DNA from: Tubiluchus corallicola
Taxonomy: Eukaryota; Animalia; Priapulida
Assembly: GCA_030141605.1 (NCBI GenBank)
Contig: JAQGDQ010001986.1
Coordinates: forward strand, 1 to 18,614
DNA length: 18,614 nt
Direction of reading: 5' to 3'
The position numbers and the translations under genes are program-made. Shown piece after piece: positions 1 to 9,728 of this stretch; the first letter of the stretch is position 1; the number at the start of each line of letters is the position of its first letter. The notes beneath the pieces were generated by a model, which worked only from the letters and a program-made list of their open reading frames with translations, ran no database searches and was not told where the DNA came from.

Positions 1-369
1 TTCGGGACTGGACTTGTCTCATATTTCAAAATGCAGGCAAAATGCAGCCCTAAAGGGTTTTGCATTAAGAGAGTTAGTGAAATTGCCCTAACTCTTAAAC
101 ATAAAGTGTCGTCTGAAGACTTAAAATTTATCCAAAAATTATTGAAATTTTAAGACTATGTCTTTTGTTTGAAATATTTTACTTTAAACCTTTCGTTGAT
201 TTTGCATTTACGATTTCATTTAGTAATCTAATCCAATAGATATAGTTCTTACATTTATAGCAAATTTGACCAATTTAATATGGAGACAGATGCATCAAAA
301 AGACCATCAATGCCTTTACTAAATAATCTAATGAGCTTGAGAGAAAGCAGGATGATTTAGAGCAGTTAC

Positions 370-1064
370 TGACCGGAAAGTGACACATGCTTGGCGAGTC
401 AGTAAACAGTTCAATGGTTTTATCCACCTCGTTCTTTATTAGCTGATTGTGCACCAATGAAGATGAAATGATCAATTCTAAGGTACTTTTACCGTTATAA
501 GAACTAAATGTCTGTGATCTTGGCGCAATGATACACACCTGCCTATTACAGTTAATAATGGAGTTTGTCAAGATGCTACCATGGTTATTAGTATTGCTAT
601 CCCACAAGAAATCTCTGGCGTTATAATCACCCAGAGCCATATACCCGTAGAAACCGTGTTTCTGTGAATAATCATGAACTTCTTCTAATGGCGCCGGAAA
701 TTGTCTCAGTTGATTAGGTGACTCAGGAGGAACGAAACAGACGCTACCAAGATGTTTACTCCTTTAACCTGGGCTAAAACCCACAGAGAATCAGCTGAGT
801 TGTATTCTAATTTCCTTATTCTGTAACACTTGTATTGATTATGAACAAACAAAGCACAGCCGCCACGGGTGGGTCTAGAGATTTTAGAAAATGGTGTGTA
901 ATTAGTTAATTCCAAGTCATTATCATTTACTACTTTAGTTTCTTGTACGGCTAGGACTACATATCTGGCTTGGTTCGCGTAATTTCAAGAGCAAGCTTGG
1001 AACGTGCGGAAAAATAATTTATATTAATTTGTCAAACCATTAAATGTTTATCACTGCTTGTCAT
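370..1064 (-). pseudogene. LINE ORF2 apurinic-like (EEP) endonuclease domain, disrupted
   Basis: ATG at 1064 gives MTSSDKHLMV*QININYFSARSKLALE, frameshift near 983, then YANQARYVVLAVQETKVVNDNDLELTNY continuing into ORF 706..915 and ORF 275..640 (GDYNA, STLELII, LFTDSPSMCHFPV). Confidence 0.8.
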
Positions 1065-1240
1065 TATGAACGGTTAAGACGATTCAGCTCTTCCTCGTAG
1101 CTTGGGCAACTTTTGTCCCATACTTGATGCTCTCTTTTACAACTGGCGCAGAAAATATTTTCCGATTTACACTCATTTGTTTTGTATTGCGAACCACATT
1201 TTCCACACAGTGCGTGATTCCCACACCATTTTGCAACACA
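1064..1240 (-). pseudogene. LINE ORF1 C-terminus, gag-like zinc knuckles (5'-truncated)
   Basis: ORF 1064..1252 encodes the tail of knuckle 1, a C-x2-C-x3-(H>Y)-x4-C knuckle and a C-x2-C-x3-H-x6-C knuckle, then a short basic/acidic tail and TAA at 1066-1064. This triple-knuckle pattern is typical of I/Jockey/R1-group ORF1. Confidence 0.8.
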
Positions 1241-1244
1241 CAAG

Positions 1245-1570
1245 TTATCCAACTCACTGTATAAGAATTATTTATATAAAACATATTCAAACAAACTTAA
1301 TCACATCAAAGATGCATCCAAAAAGCAACACTACTCCTAGATCTTGCTTGTGAACAAAAATAACATGAAGCAAACTGCAGGACTATCAACGAACTTCTCA
1401 AAACTAAAACAAAACGATTAGTATAATGATTAATGTTTGTTACCAAGGCACAACTTCAGGTGACCCGCACCATAAAGCTAGTGATTTTAACAGTTTTTTT
1501 GCAATCATTGGTATAACATTGGCATCACGCATAACACAACCAGAAAACTATAAGCATACCGACTATTTAG
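1245..1570 (+). mobile_element. CR1/L2-group LINE ORF2 fragment (tether between endonuclease and RT)
   Basis: Plus-strand translation with one stop and frameshifts: YKTYSNKLNHIKDASKKQHYS*ILLVNKNNMKQT-RTINELLK ... KASDFNSFFAIIGITLASRI. This matches the familiar L2/CR1-group tether consensus YKxYRNKLxxxIRxAKKxYY...KNNxKxTWxxINELL...IANxFNxFFxxIGxxLAxKI. Confidence 0.75.
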
Positions 1571-2600
1571 TGCATCTTGGAAAGCTGATCCGTGATTCTT
1601 GTTGCTGAGTCGCTTCAATTGAGCGAGTCATTGTGTAGCAACACTGGAAGGAAGTTAACCTTTCTAGCCAAGAGACTCTCCACAGTGAGAGAAGTTCACT
1701 GGCAACTGCAAGAGTTTGAACAGTTTCAGATTCGTATGGTTCAAATTCAGTGCCATTGTCACAACCTGCTGTAGACTATCGACATACATGTTGTTTTTAA
1801 GAGAAATGACTGTTGAAGTGACAAGGAGGCTGTCCAAATTCATGGCGATAATGCAATGTAAAATTACTGCACATCCAGATAGCCGAAACTAAAGTCTCAA
1901 AAGCTGCACATATGCATTTTGCGGTCCACGTGCTAAATAAATTTCAGAAACGTTCAATCAGTAGGCGAGATGCCAATCAACAGAAAGACTTTCTCAATGT
2001 CAGGATTTAGACCAATTCAGTGACTGCAAAATGTACCAAGATGGCTGAGAGATCGCTGACCAAATTAGGACCAGCAAGAAGACAATTTGTCTATTTGTAC
2101 CCTTTGCTGAGCGGTTAAAAATGAACTTTGTAATTGGGTGAAACTATATGGTGTGGTAAGAAATTGCCACTATCTTTGTCAGGAGCATTTTCAATGATTG
2201 CAGGGCTTTGCCACTCCTCAGGGAGTCTTTGTATCTAAGTTGCCTTTCCAGTGTCAAGGATCCTGTAGAGGGATCTATCACATTCCGAAACCAGTTGCTT
2301 TTTGAACTGAGGACATTCTGACCCATGATAAAGTACTCTTATTTCGACTATCAACTTGACAGCCAAAGGAAAGTCATTCTTTTCTGAGTCTCGATGGATG
2401 TTCATGGAATCAAATTGTCACCATGACTCATAGTTCTTTGTGTCTGCATTCCCAGAGTACATTCTGCTTCAAGAAGTACCAAGGAGGACTGTTAAGATTG
2501 GTTGGGACACAACCACTTAATGTCCAGCCTCCAATATAGTAGGAGTCAGCATGACATCAAGGTGTCGCAGTGTGAGCACTTAATTAACAGTTTGTTATAA
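1570..2600 (+). pseudogene. Highly decayed putative tyrosine recombinase gene (Crypton/DIRS/viral-type YR; family undetermined)
   Basis: Coding-like, less AT-rich stretch. Box I-like YPLLSG..NELCN at ~2098-2134 (frameshifted); ATIFV/EH near 2166-2190; SP*LI at 2418-2432 in the HxxR position; WLGHNHLMSSLQY at 2499-2537 (LGH-x8-Y); stop at 2598-2600 followed by AT-rich UTR-like sequence. The catalytic Arg residues are not intact and the 5' boundary is approximate. Confidence 0.4.
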
Positions 2601-3249
2601 ATATTGATTTGTAGATTTCAACTTTAATTTTTCATTGCCACTAAGTCAGTGCTAAAATCTGTCAGTACATTGAAGATTTCAACATATCTATATACTTGCT
2701 ACTGCTATATGTTTGTATGTAACTGGGTTACTTGGCTTCTCTGTGAATGTATTAATTTTTTTAACACTCGTTAGCAAGATTAAAAGGCAAACAATAAGCT
2801 TAAAGTTGTGTGGTCAAAACAACTTTTGACTCAAGTGCTATGTTTTATTAGCTAATGGATTTATTTTGACTTTTCTTTACTACTGTTGATTATGTTTACC
2901 GTTTTTGTGTATATGTGGATTGACTATGAGACTATGATTTTGAGTAAAATACAGACCGCAAAGACTGTATTTTCATCCATTGATTTCATCTGCTTAACAC
3001 GAACATCGCAACTTCACAAACATTTTATCGTTTTTGCCAATGTCGGTTGTTGGCTCTCTAAAAACACCCCAGCGACAACTCTAGCATCACGACAAAAGGT
3101 GGAAAAGAGGAGGATTTGTTATTGAGAACTATTTTCTATTTTGGCTTAAAACTACTTGCCATAGTATGAAGTCAGAAGGATAAACTGGATTGTACAATTG
3201 TTATCAAGCCAGAACTCCTCGACTTGAAGTAGAAATAATAACATTTTGA

Positions 3250-5190
3250 TATAGTCTAAGCCCAAATCCTAAAAAAAATTTTCTAAAAGTGTACAACATA
3301 CCCAGTCTTATCAATGCTGAATCCGAAAAAAGCTGTTGTCACATTGAAAAATTAACGGAAAATGGTCAAAACGCTAAAGATGGCTGCAAAAATTTCGAGC
3401 AAACAATGTAAATTGAAAATCGTTCTCAGGAAATTAATATTATGATGCGATGATACATCTATTCAAGGGCCTTTGCATTCCATTTCTGTTATTTTTGATA
3501 AAAAAATGGTCGCCGTTTCAAAATGGCTGCCACACACAAAGAAATTATCCGATCAATTATATTAACTGTTTCAACTGTTTATTTATTATAAAAACAAAAG
3601 AAGTCATTTTTATTAATTCGACTTTGTTGAAATTTACATACTGCTAGACTAATAATTAACAATAAAATATAACAAAAAAACAAAATGGCCGACGGGTCAC
3701 CGATGTATAGTCGAGCAGAATCGTGAAAAATTGCTCATTTTGTCTAGAAGTTATGAAATTTAGCCCGATGGTAGAACCCCTTGGATAATTTGGAAATATT
3801 TTGGATAAAAAATTCGTCCAACAAAATTTTCAAGATGGGCAATAAGGTGGATCGCTAGCATAAAAAAGTTATATCTTAACTATTAGAACAGATAAGATGA
3901 TTTCGTTTGGTTTCAAGGATAAAAAACGCTTATGTACTTTAGCAGCTAAGATACGGCTTTAAAAAACTAGCAACAGCCTTCCGTCTTCTAGGCCATTTTG
4001 AAATGACGACAATGTGGAGTGACTTTCGTTTAACCTCATATCCAAAATTAATCACTTTGGTGAGATTTAGCTTTGTGCTTTTAGACGAAGAGAGGAAGTT
4101 TTCTCACCATTCTACAAGAGACCACTATCTTGTGATCTAGGTCAATTTCAAGGTGGCTGCCAAGATGGTTGTAGCAGATAGTGCAATACACATGCTATAT
4201 TCTAAGGCATATAGGATGATAATTTTAGCTTCTAGATACAGGATTTTAAAAGTAAAAGCTATAGGTTAGTGTCCAATGAATTCAGGAGTAAAAGAAAACG
4301 TTCCAGGCATCAGTTTCAGTCCATAGTTCTGCTCTAGTAGTGTTTCTTAAATAAACAAATGCTTCTGTTTTGTGGCCCAAGCTACCCTTTTCATTCTTTC
4401 TGCAAAAACTCAAGTCTGGTCGGAAACAGTATTGGCATGGATTGCTAAACACAGCTGATTTTTTCAGAATGAATGGAATTCGTATGGCGTACGTTATGAC
4501 TTTTATAAGCTTTCAACATTTACCTTTTCTGTCGTTTTGGTCATATTGGTATTACTATAACTCACTGTCTTTTAAAGCCTGCACATAGATACGAATATCA
4601 TCGTCATATTTATCTTAAGTCAGGTAGCATCTTACATAAGCGGCTACAAGTATTTTGGCACCCATCTTGAAATTCTAACTGGTGTCATAGGTGTTTCTGG
4701 ACATCAGAAATTGATTCCCTGAATTTGAAAACCTAACCTATATCCAGACACTAAAAATGCCATGTGAACTGCGCCAACAGTTACGATATGTCTTTCAAAA
4801 CTAGCAGTTACAGGCATCAACTTGTCAACCATTTTGAAAGTGGCGGCCATACTGGATGCTGTTCGATTGGCCTCATATCCATAATTAATCACCTTGATTA
4901 GTTTTAACTTGATAAGTTTTGTAACTAAAGCGAAAAGAGCAGGTTTTTTCATCATTCTAGACAATTATGTGCGGATCCCGTTGGCCATTTTGTTTCCTAT
5001 AATTGAGCTGTTTAACTCTCATTGCATTATTTTGGGGCTAGTAGCAGCTTTCTGGATTCAGCAAGATTCAGATGATTGTTTTTCCATCTACCGCAGGCTG
5101 CCATTTTGAAAACTGTGATCATCATTTGAAATGAAAATGACAGAAATGGGTTCGTCGGGTCCAAAATGCTCTGGAATAGATGTTATTTAT
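3250..5190. repeat. Array of degenerate inverted repeats with (TT)CAA(A/G)ATGGC motifs; probable DNA-transposon subterminal/foldback relic
   Basis: About ten motif copies: forward near 3377, 3518, 3681, 3829, 4147; reverse (GCCATTTTG/CCATCTTG) near 3991, 4660, 4828, 4983, 5097. Alignable inverted pairs ~3826-3897 vs ~3929-4004 and ~4145-4257 vs ~4567-4674; another reverse unit at ~4730-4840. No coding capacity recognised. Outer TIR/TSD not found. Confidence 0.6.
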
Positions 5191-5199
5191 GTCATTCTG

Positions 5200-8100
5200 G
5201 CTTCTTAAAGTTAATTTTCCGAAAATTTCGTACAGAGATGTTCCTGGAAAGTCAGGGGAGCCAATAGCAGTATTAACTTCACTTGGATGGACATGTATAG
5301 GACAACCAAATGATTGTGGCACTGATCGTGTTCGCACCAATTTCGTTCACACCTATTTTTCGGCTGAATCTAGTGAAGTTCGGCTTGACGAGATGTTGGA
5401 ACAATTTTGGTAGACAGATTCAGTTGGCACGATTCTGATTCAAGTTGCCGCATTCTGGATATTGATGCAGAGAACGCTTTAGCTAAAGTAGAGAAATCCA
5501 TGAAAATGGCGGATGGACATTATGAAGTTTGCATACCATGGAAAGATAATTCAGTTGAGCTGCCTAGTGCGTAATTGAGCTACGAAAAGGCACTGAAAAG
5601 ACCACAGAGCACCGAAAAACGTCTACTAAAAAATCCAGAAGTGGCAAAAATATACGAAGATAATATTCAGCAATATGTGAATAAAGGCTACAATCATCAA
5701 GTGACATCATTGGAAGATCAGCAATGGTTTTTACCCCATTTTCCAATAATCAGACCAGATAGAGAGACAACAAAAGTACGCATGGTGTTTGATTCGTCAG
5801 AAGAATGCGGTAGATTCTCGCTTAATGATGTCATTAGTCCCGGACCAAAGCTGCAGAGAGACTTATTCGATGTCTTGCTTCGTTTTCGTAAAAATCCTGT
5901 AGCATTGGTATCGGACTCTGATGACTAAAATTGTTCAGGGTTTACCATTGATTTCTTCGGAGGAATTTTGAAAACAGACAGCCTGACCAATATGAATTCG
6001 AAAGGGTAGTTTTTGGTGTAAATGCACCGCCATTTCTTGCACAATTTGTGACGCGGAAGCATGCAGAAAAATTTCAATTGCAGTATCCAATGGCTACAGA
6101 AACCATACTCTACTCGACGTATATGGACGATAGCATGGATTCAGCCATCGACGATGAACAAGGTATAGAGCTCTACAGTCAGTTGTCCGGTCTTTGGGAA
6201 AAGGCTGGCATGCGAGCTCGTAAATGGTTATCAAATTCACCTGTAGTGTTAGCCGAGATACCACAAGAGGAGAGAGCATCAGAAATTAACTTAGATGAAG
6301 GACTTCTTCCGAGTATAAAAACACTTGGAGTACTGTGGCTGGCAAAGGAAGATGTTTTCACCTTCAAACCAAAATCCATAGACATCGACAATTTCGTATT
6401 TACCAAGCGTAGTATACTGAGGAAGATCGCTACAATATTTGATCCATTGGGATTTCTGGCAGCATTTCTCATTCGAGGCAAAATTATCATGCAGGAAATG
6501 TGGACAGCCGGTTTAGGATGGGAAAACTTGCAATGGAAAGCCAAAATGTGGTTTACAGAATTGACCGAGATGCCAGAACTTCATATTCCGAGATGTTTGG
6601 TCACGGAGGGGGGGGGGGGTGCAGATTCATGCGCACTGCACACATTCGTAGATGCATCGCAAGAAGCCTATGCAGCAGTTAGCTATCTACGTTGTACCTA
6701 TCCTGATGGAATTATATCGTGTCGACTCATCGCAGCAAAGTCTCGTGTAGCCCCTCTGATTGCAACTAGTATTCCACGACTACAAATGATGGCTGCAATA
6801 CTGGGGCTAAGGCTAATGGACCATATAGCTGGTGCACTAGACATGGAACTAAAAAATGCAATTTTTTGGTGTGATAGTATGAACGTTTTATGGTAGATAA
6901 GGAGTAGAAATCGCACACTGAAACCGTTCGTCGCTAATCATATAGGCGAAATTTAGTGTCAAATATTTCCACGTCAATGGCGGCATGTCACATCAAAATT
7001 GAATGCTGCTGATGCTGTGACTAGAGGGAAAACTACAAATCAACTTAGTCATGATGAACACTAGTGGGCAGACCGAAATTTCTTCACAAAAGCGAGTAAG
7101 AATGGCCGTCTAAGATTATGGAATTTCAGCAAGTGGATGATGCAGAACTTAGAAAGCCAACAAAAATTAGACGTATCTAATCGTGAAGCTGCTGAAACTT
7201 ACATTACTGGACCAATACAAAACCAGGATGACAATTGGCGTCTAAAACCTGAGCGGTTTTCCAGTTGGTTACGACTGATTCGAGTACAAGCATGGGTACA
7301 TCGTTTTCTAGAAAACTGTCGTGATTCAAAACTGCACAAGAAGTTTGGAGAATTAGAGCCAGACGAATTGCAAGACGTTGAGATAAGCATTGTACGAAAC
7401 ATGCAACGTGAAGCCTTTTTACTGGAATACAAATTACTCCAGAATAACCAACAGTTGCCGAAGTATAGATATTTATTAAAGCTGCAACCTAGATTAGACA
7501 AGGATGGAGTTATTCGCAGCGAAGGACGTCTCATTCACGCAGAATACTTATCATACGATGCACGCCATTCTGCCTAAGAATAACTGGGTGACCAAGTTGA
7601 TAATTGGACATCATCATGAAAAAACTCATCATGCAATAGGGGTGAATCAGACTCTTGCTTCACTGTCAGCTCGATACTGGATAATCTCTGCCAGGGAAGA
7701 AATCAGAAAATTTGAGAAAGACTGTGCAAAATGCCGTAAAGCAGAAAGCTGAAACTGCAACGCAAGTGGTGGCACCAATTCCAGAGATCAGAGTGAAACT
7801 GCCTTTACGAGTTTTTGCTAGGACAGCAGTGGATTTTGCTGGACCTTTTATTACAGCTCAAGGAAGAGGAAAATGTCGACAGAAACGCTATCTTTGCCTC
7901 TTCACTTGTATGACATCGCGGGCAGTGCATTTAGACATAGCCTTCGGCCTTGACACTGATTCGTACTTAAACGCTTTCTGACAACGGTTTAAACCTCGTA
8001 GGATGAACTACAAAGTCTATTAGCGAAATTAGCTGAAGAGAAGATTCAACGGACATCTGCAAACCAAGGTATCAAGTGGCATTTTAACCCACCATTAGCA

Positions 8101-8693
8101 CCACATTTTGGAGGAGCCTATGAAATAATGGTAAAAGCCGCAAAACGAGCCATATTCGCTATTCTCGGAAACGCTGACGTCACGGATGAAGAACTCATGA
8201 CAGCATTTACCGGAGCAGAAGCACTATAAAATTCGAGGCCATTGACGTACCAAACAGCAGATGAGAAAGATGACATTCCCTTGACGCCAAACCATTTTTT
8301 ATTTACGCAAGTTGGTGGACAATTCGCGCCCGAATCAGTAGATAATACAGACTTTCATCCTAGAAAGCGTTGAAGGCGTGTCCATGAACTAATACGTCAC
8401 TTTTGGAAAAGATGCATGCGAGAGTGGCTTCCAGGACTCAACAGATGCACGTGCAGAGAGACATTCAAGTAAACGACATCGTACTTGTGATATCTCCAAA
8501 TACACCTAGAAGACAGTGGCCTATGGGACGCATACTAGAAGTCTATCCTGGTAGCGACGGGCACACTCGAGTTGCAAAATTGTAGATTGGCAATAATGAA
8601 CTTACATGACCAATCACCAAACTCTGTCCACTGGAGTTCATTGAGGAAGAAAAACCGACAAAAAAGAGAAGTTTCTACGAACACTGCAGATGA
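5200..8693 (+). pseudogene. pol: BEL/Pao pol polyprotein pseudogene (protease tail, RT, Pao-type RNase H, integrase, DUF5641-like C-terminus)
   Basis: GEPIAVLTSLGWTCIG; WFLPHFPIIRPDRETTKVRMVFD; SLNDVISPGPKLQRDL; RVVFGVNAPPFLA; YMDD at 6120-6131; IFDPLG; LHTFVDASQEAYAAVSYLR; KSRVAPL; IPRLQMMAA; WCDS; HH..YWI..CAKC Zn finger; VDFAGP; [13 protein letters not shown]; WHFNPPLAPHFGGAYE; NSRPLT; LTPNHFL; [15 protein letters not shown]; PITKLCPLE; TGA at 8691-8693. Many stops, frameshifts and deletions. Confidence 0.95.
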
Positions 8694-8989
8694 TCTGCAC
8701 CACAGAAAATTATTACTATGATTTTGCGATTTTTCGTTTTCGTACTGCTTGCTAAAGTTTGCAAGAATTTTGTTTTTCGTAGCTAAACGTAAACATTATG
8801 TAGAACAGAAGGAAAAATTTTAATTACCAAATGTTAGAATAACTTATAACTGTCAAAAATTAAAATTTTGCTTCCATTGCTATGTGTATTGATGGTTGTA
8901 TGGAAAATTAACGGTTTAGTAGAACTAGTTACATTGTTGATTTTGACTAGATTAATAGCTTTTCTTGATGTGTTTTGTTAAAACTTATC

Positions 8990-9001
8990 AAAGAGGGGAA
9001 A
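8990..9001 (+). other. Polypurine tract of the BEL/Pao element
   Basis: AAAGAGGGGAAA immediately before TGTT at 9002, ~300 bp after the pol stop. Confidence 0.85.
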
Positions 9002-9366
9002 TGTTCGGAAAATTTCTCTCTGCTTGCCCTTTAATCTAAGGTTGTACTTGTTTAGAATTGCCTGTAAAACTTGGCTTCGTTATATGCATTTTAGTAGGTC
9101 AGCCAATCAGAATTGAGCACGTGTTTAGTCTACTCATTGGAAGCGAAGAAATCGCCACCTATTTACTTTATGTGTAATATAGAATTTAAAAAAAAGTTTT
9201 TGTGATTACTTCAAAACAAATACTTTGCTATACACTTTTGTACAGATTTGTCATGCCTATGCAACATGACAACCACTCAAAAAACTGAAATAAACCAGTA
9301 TAAGAAAATCTTCACAGAGTTATCCAATGTCAGCACGTCTCCACAAGTTCTTCGAGGATTAGAACT
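9002..9366 (+). repeat. 3' LTR of the BEL/Pao element (~365 bp; right end inferred)
   Basis: Starts TGTTCGG after the PPT; CCAAT 9103-9107, CACGTG 9118-9123, inverted CCAAT 9136-9140, AATAAA 9289-9294; candidate end GAACT 9362-9366, one mismatch from the expected GAACA. There is no second LTR in the window to confirm it. Confidence 0.65.
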
Positions 9367-9728
9367 GATAGGTAAAGTAATGTAATAGACGGGTATACAT
9401 ATATATATTAAACGATATTTTTTATGAGTCTGTTTACGTAAGAACTTGAGAACACTGACAAGAATCACAAATAACACATTGTCTTGTTCATTGTAGTAAT
9501 TAAAAATCCTGTTGCTTGTGTAATCATTTTCTTGAGCAGTATGTGAGCTAGCTCATATATAGTTTTTACTATATATTGCTCGGTCAATGTATAAAACATG
9601 ATGGGGTACATAACACAATCTTTTTAACACTTCCTTAACACGCTATCACATTTATGGTGTGAGACGTTGATAAGAATTTTGGCTATGGGAATGGCATTAA
9701 ATTCTCTTTTAAATTATTTTGATTTCAG

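Larger units (their letters stand above)
275..1240 (-). mobile_element. Degenerate non-LTR retrotransposon (LINE) fragment, I/Jockey/Nimb-like architecture: end of gag-like ORF1 plus APE endonuclease part of ORF2
   Basis: Minus-strand translation gives CCHC-type knuckles (VAKWC; CGKCGSQYKTNEC; CASCKREHQVWDKSC) followed by APE motifs in order: LMV*QININ, VLAVQETK, RGGCALFV, DSLWV, ALGDYNARDFLW, TFSSYNGKSTLELII. Several frameshifts and stops. No RT recognised within the window; the left boundary is uncertain. Confidence 0.85.
5200..9366 (+). mobile_element. BEL/Pao LTR retrotransposon, 5'-truncated (no 5' LTR or gag), degenerate
   Basis: Domain order PR-RT-RNaseH-IN with BEL/Pao signature motifs, followed by an AT-rich 3' UTR, a polypurine tract and an LTR starting TGTT. 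Confidence 0.95.

Noticed and set aside
2090-2270. PHD- or THAP-like Cys/His pattern (CTLC..CHYLCQEHF..CQGSC) on the plus strand
   Set aside because: Ligand spacing needs several ad hoc frameshifts and includes stops; it overlaps the better-spaced recombinase motifs.
2144-2326. Cadherin-like phrase IDPSTGSLTLERQL in the minus-strand ORF
   Set aside because: Single short motif with no LDxE/DxND calcium motifs or exon context; the plus strand offers a more complete (YR-like) explanation.
2886-5109. Short ORFs 2886..3125, 3450..3647, 4370..4588, 4704..4964 and 4894..5109
   Set aside because: Low-information ORFs in AT-rich repeat DNA with no recognisable motifs; expected by chance.
6608-6619. 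G12 run in pol as a frameshift or G-quadruplex signal
   Set aside because: It lies in a variable linker before RNase H and the frame is maintained across it; simple homopolymer expansion suffices.
6094-7534. Minus-strand ORFs 6094..6279, 6179..6544, 6698..6916 and 7199..7534
   Set aside because: Antisense shadows of the BEL pol reading frame with no motifs of their own.
8694-8989. Possible env-like ORF after integrase
   Set aside because: Only ~300 bp of AT-rich sequence with no ORF between the pol stop and the PPT.
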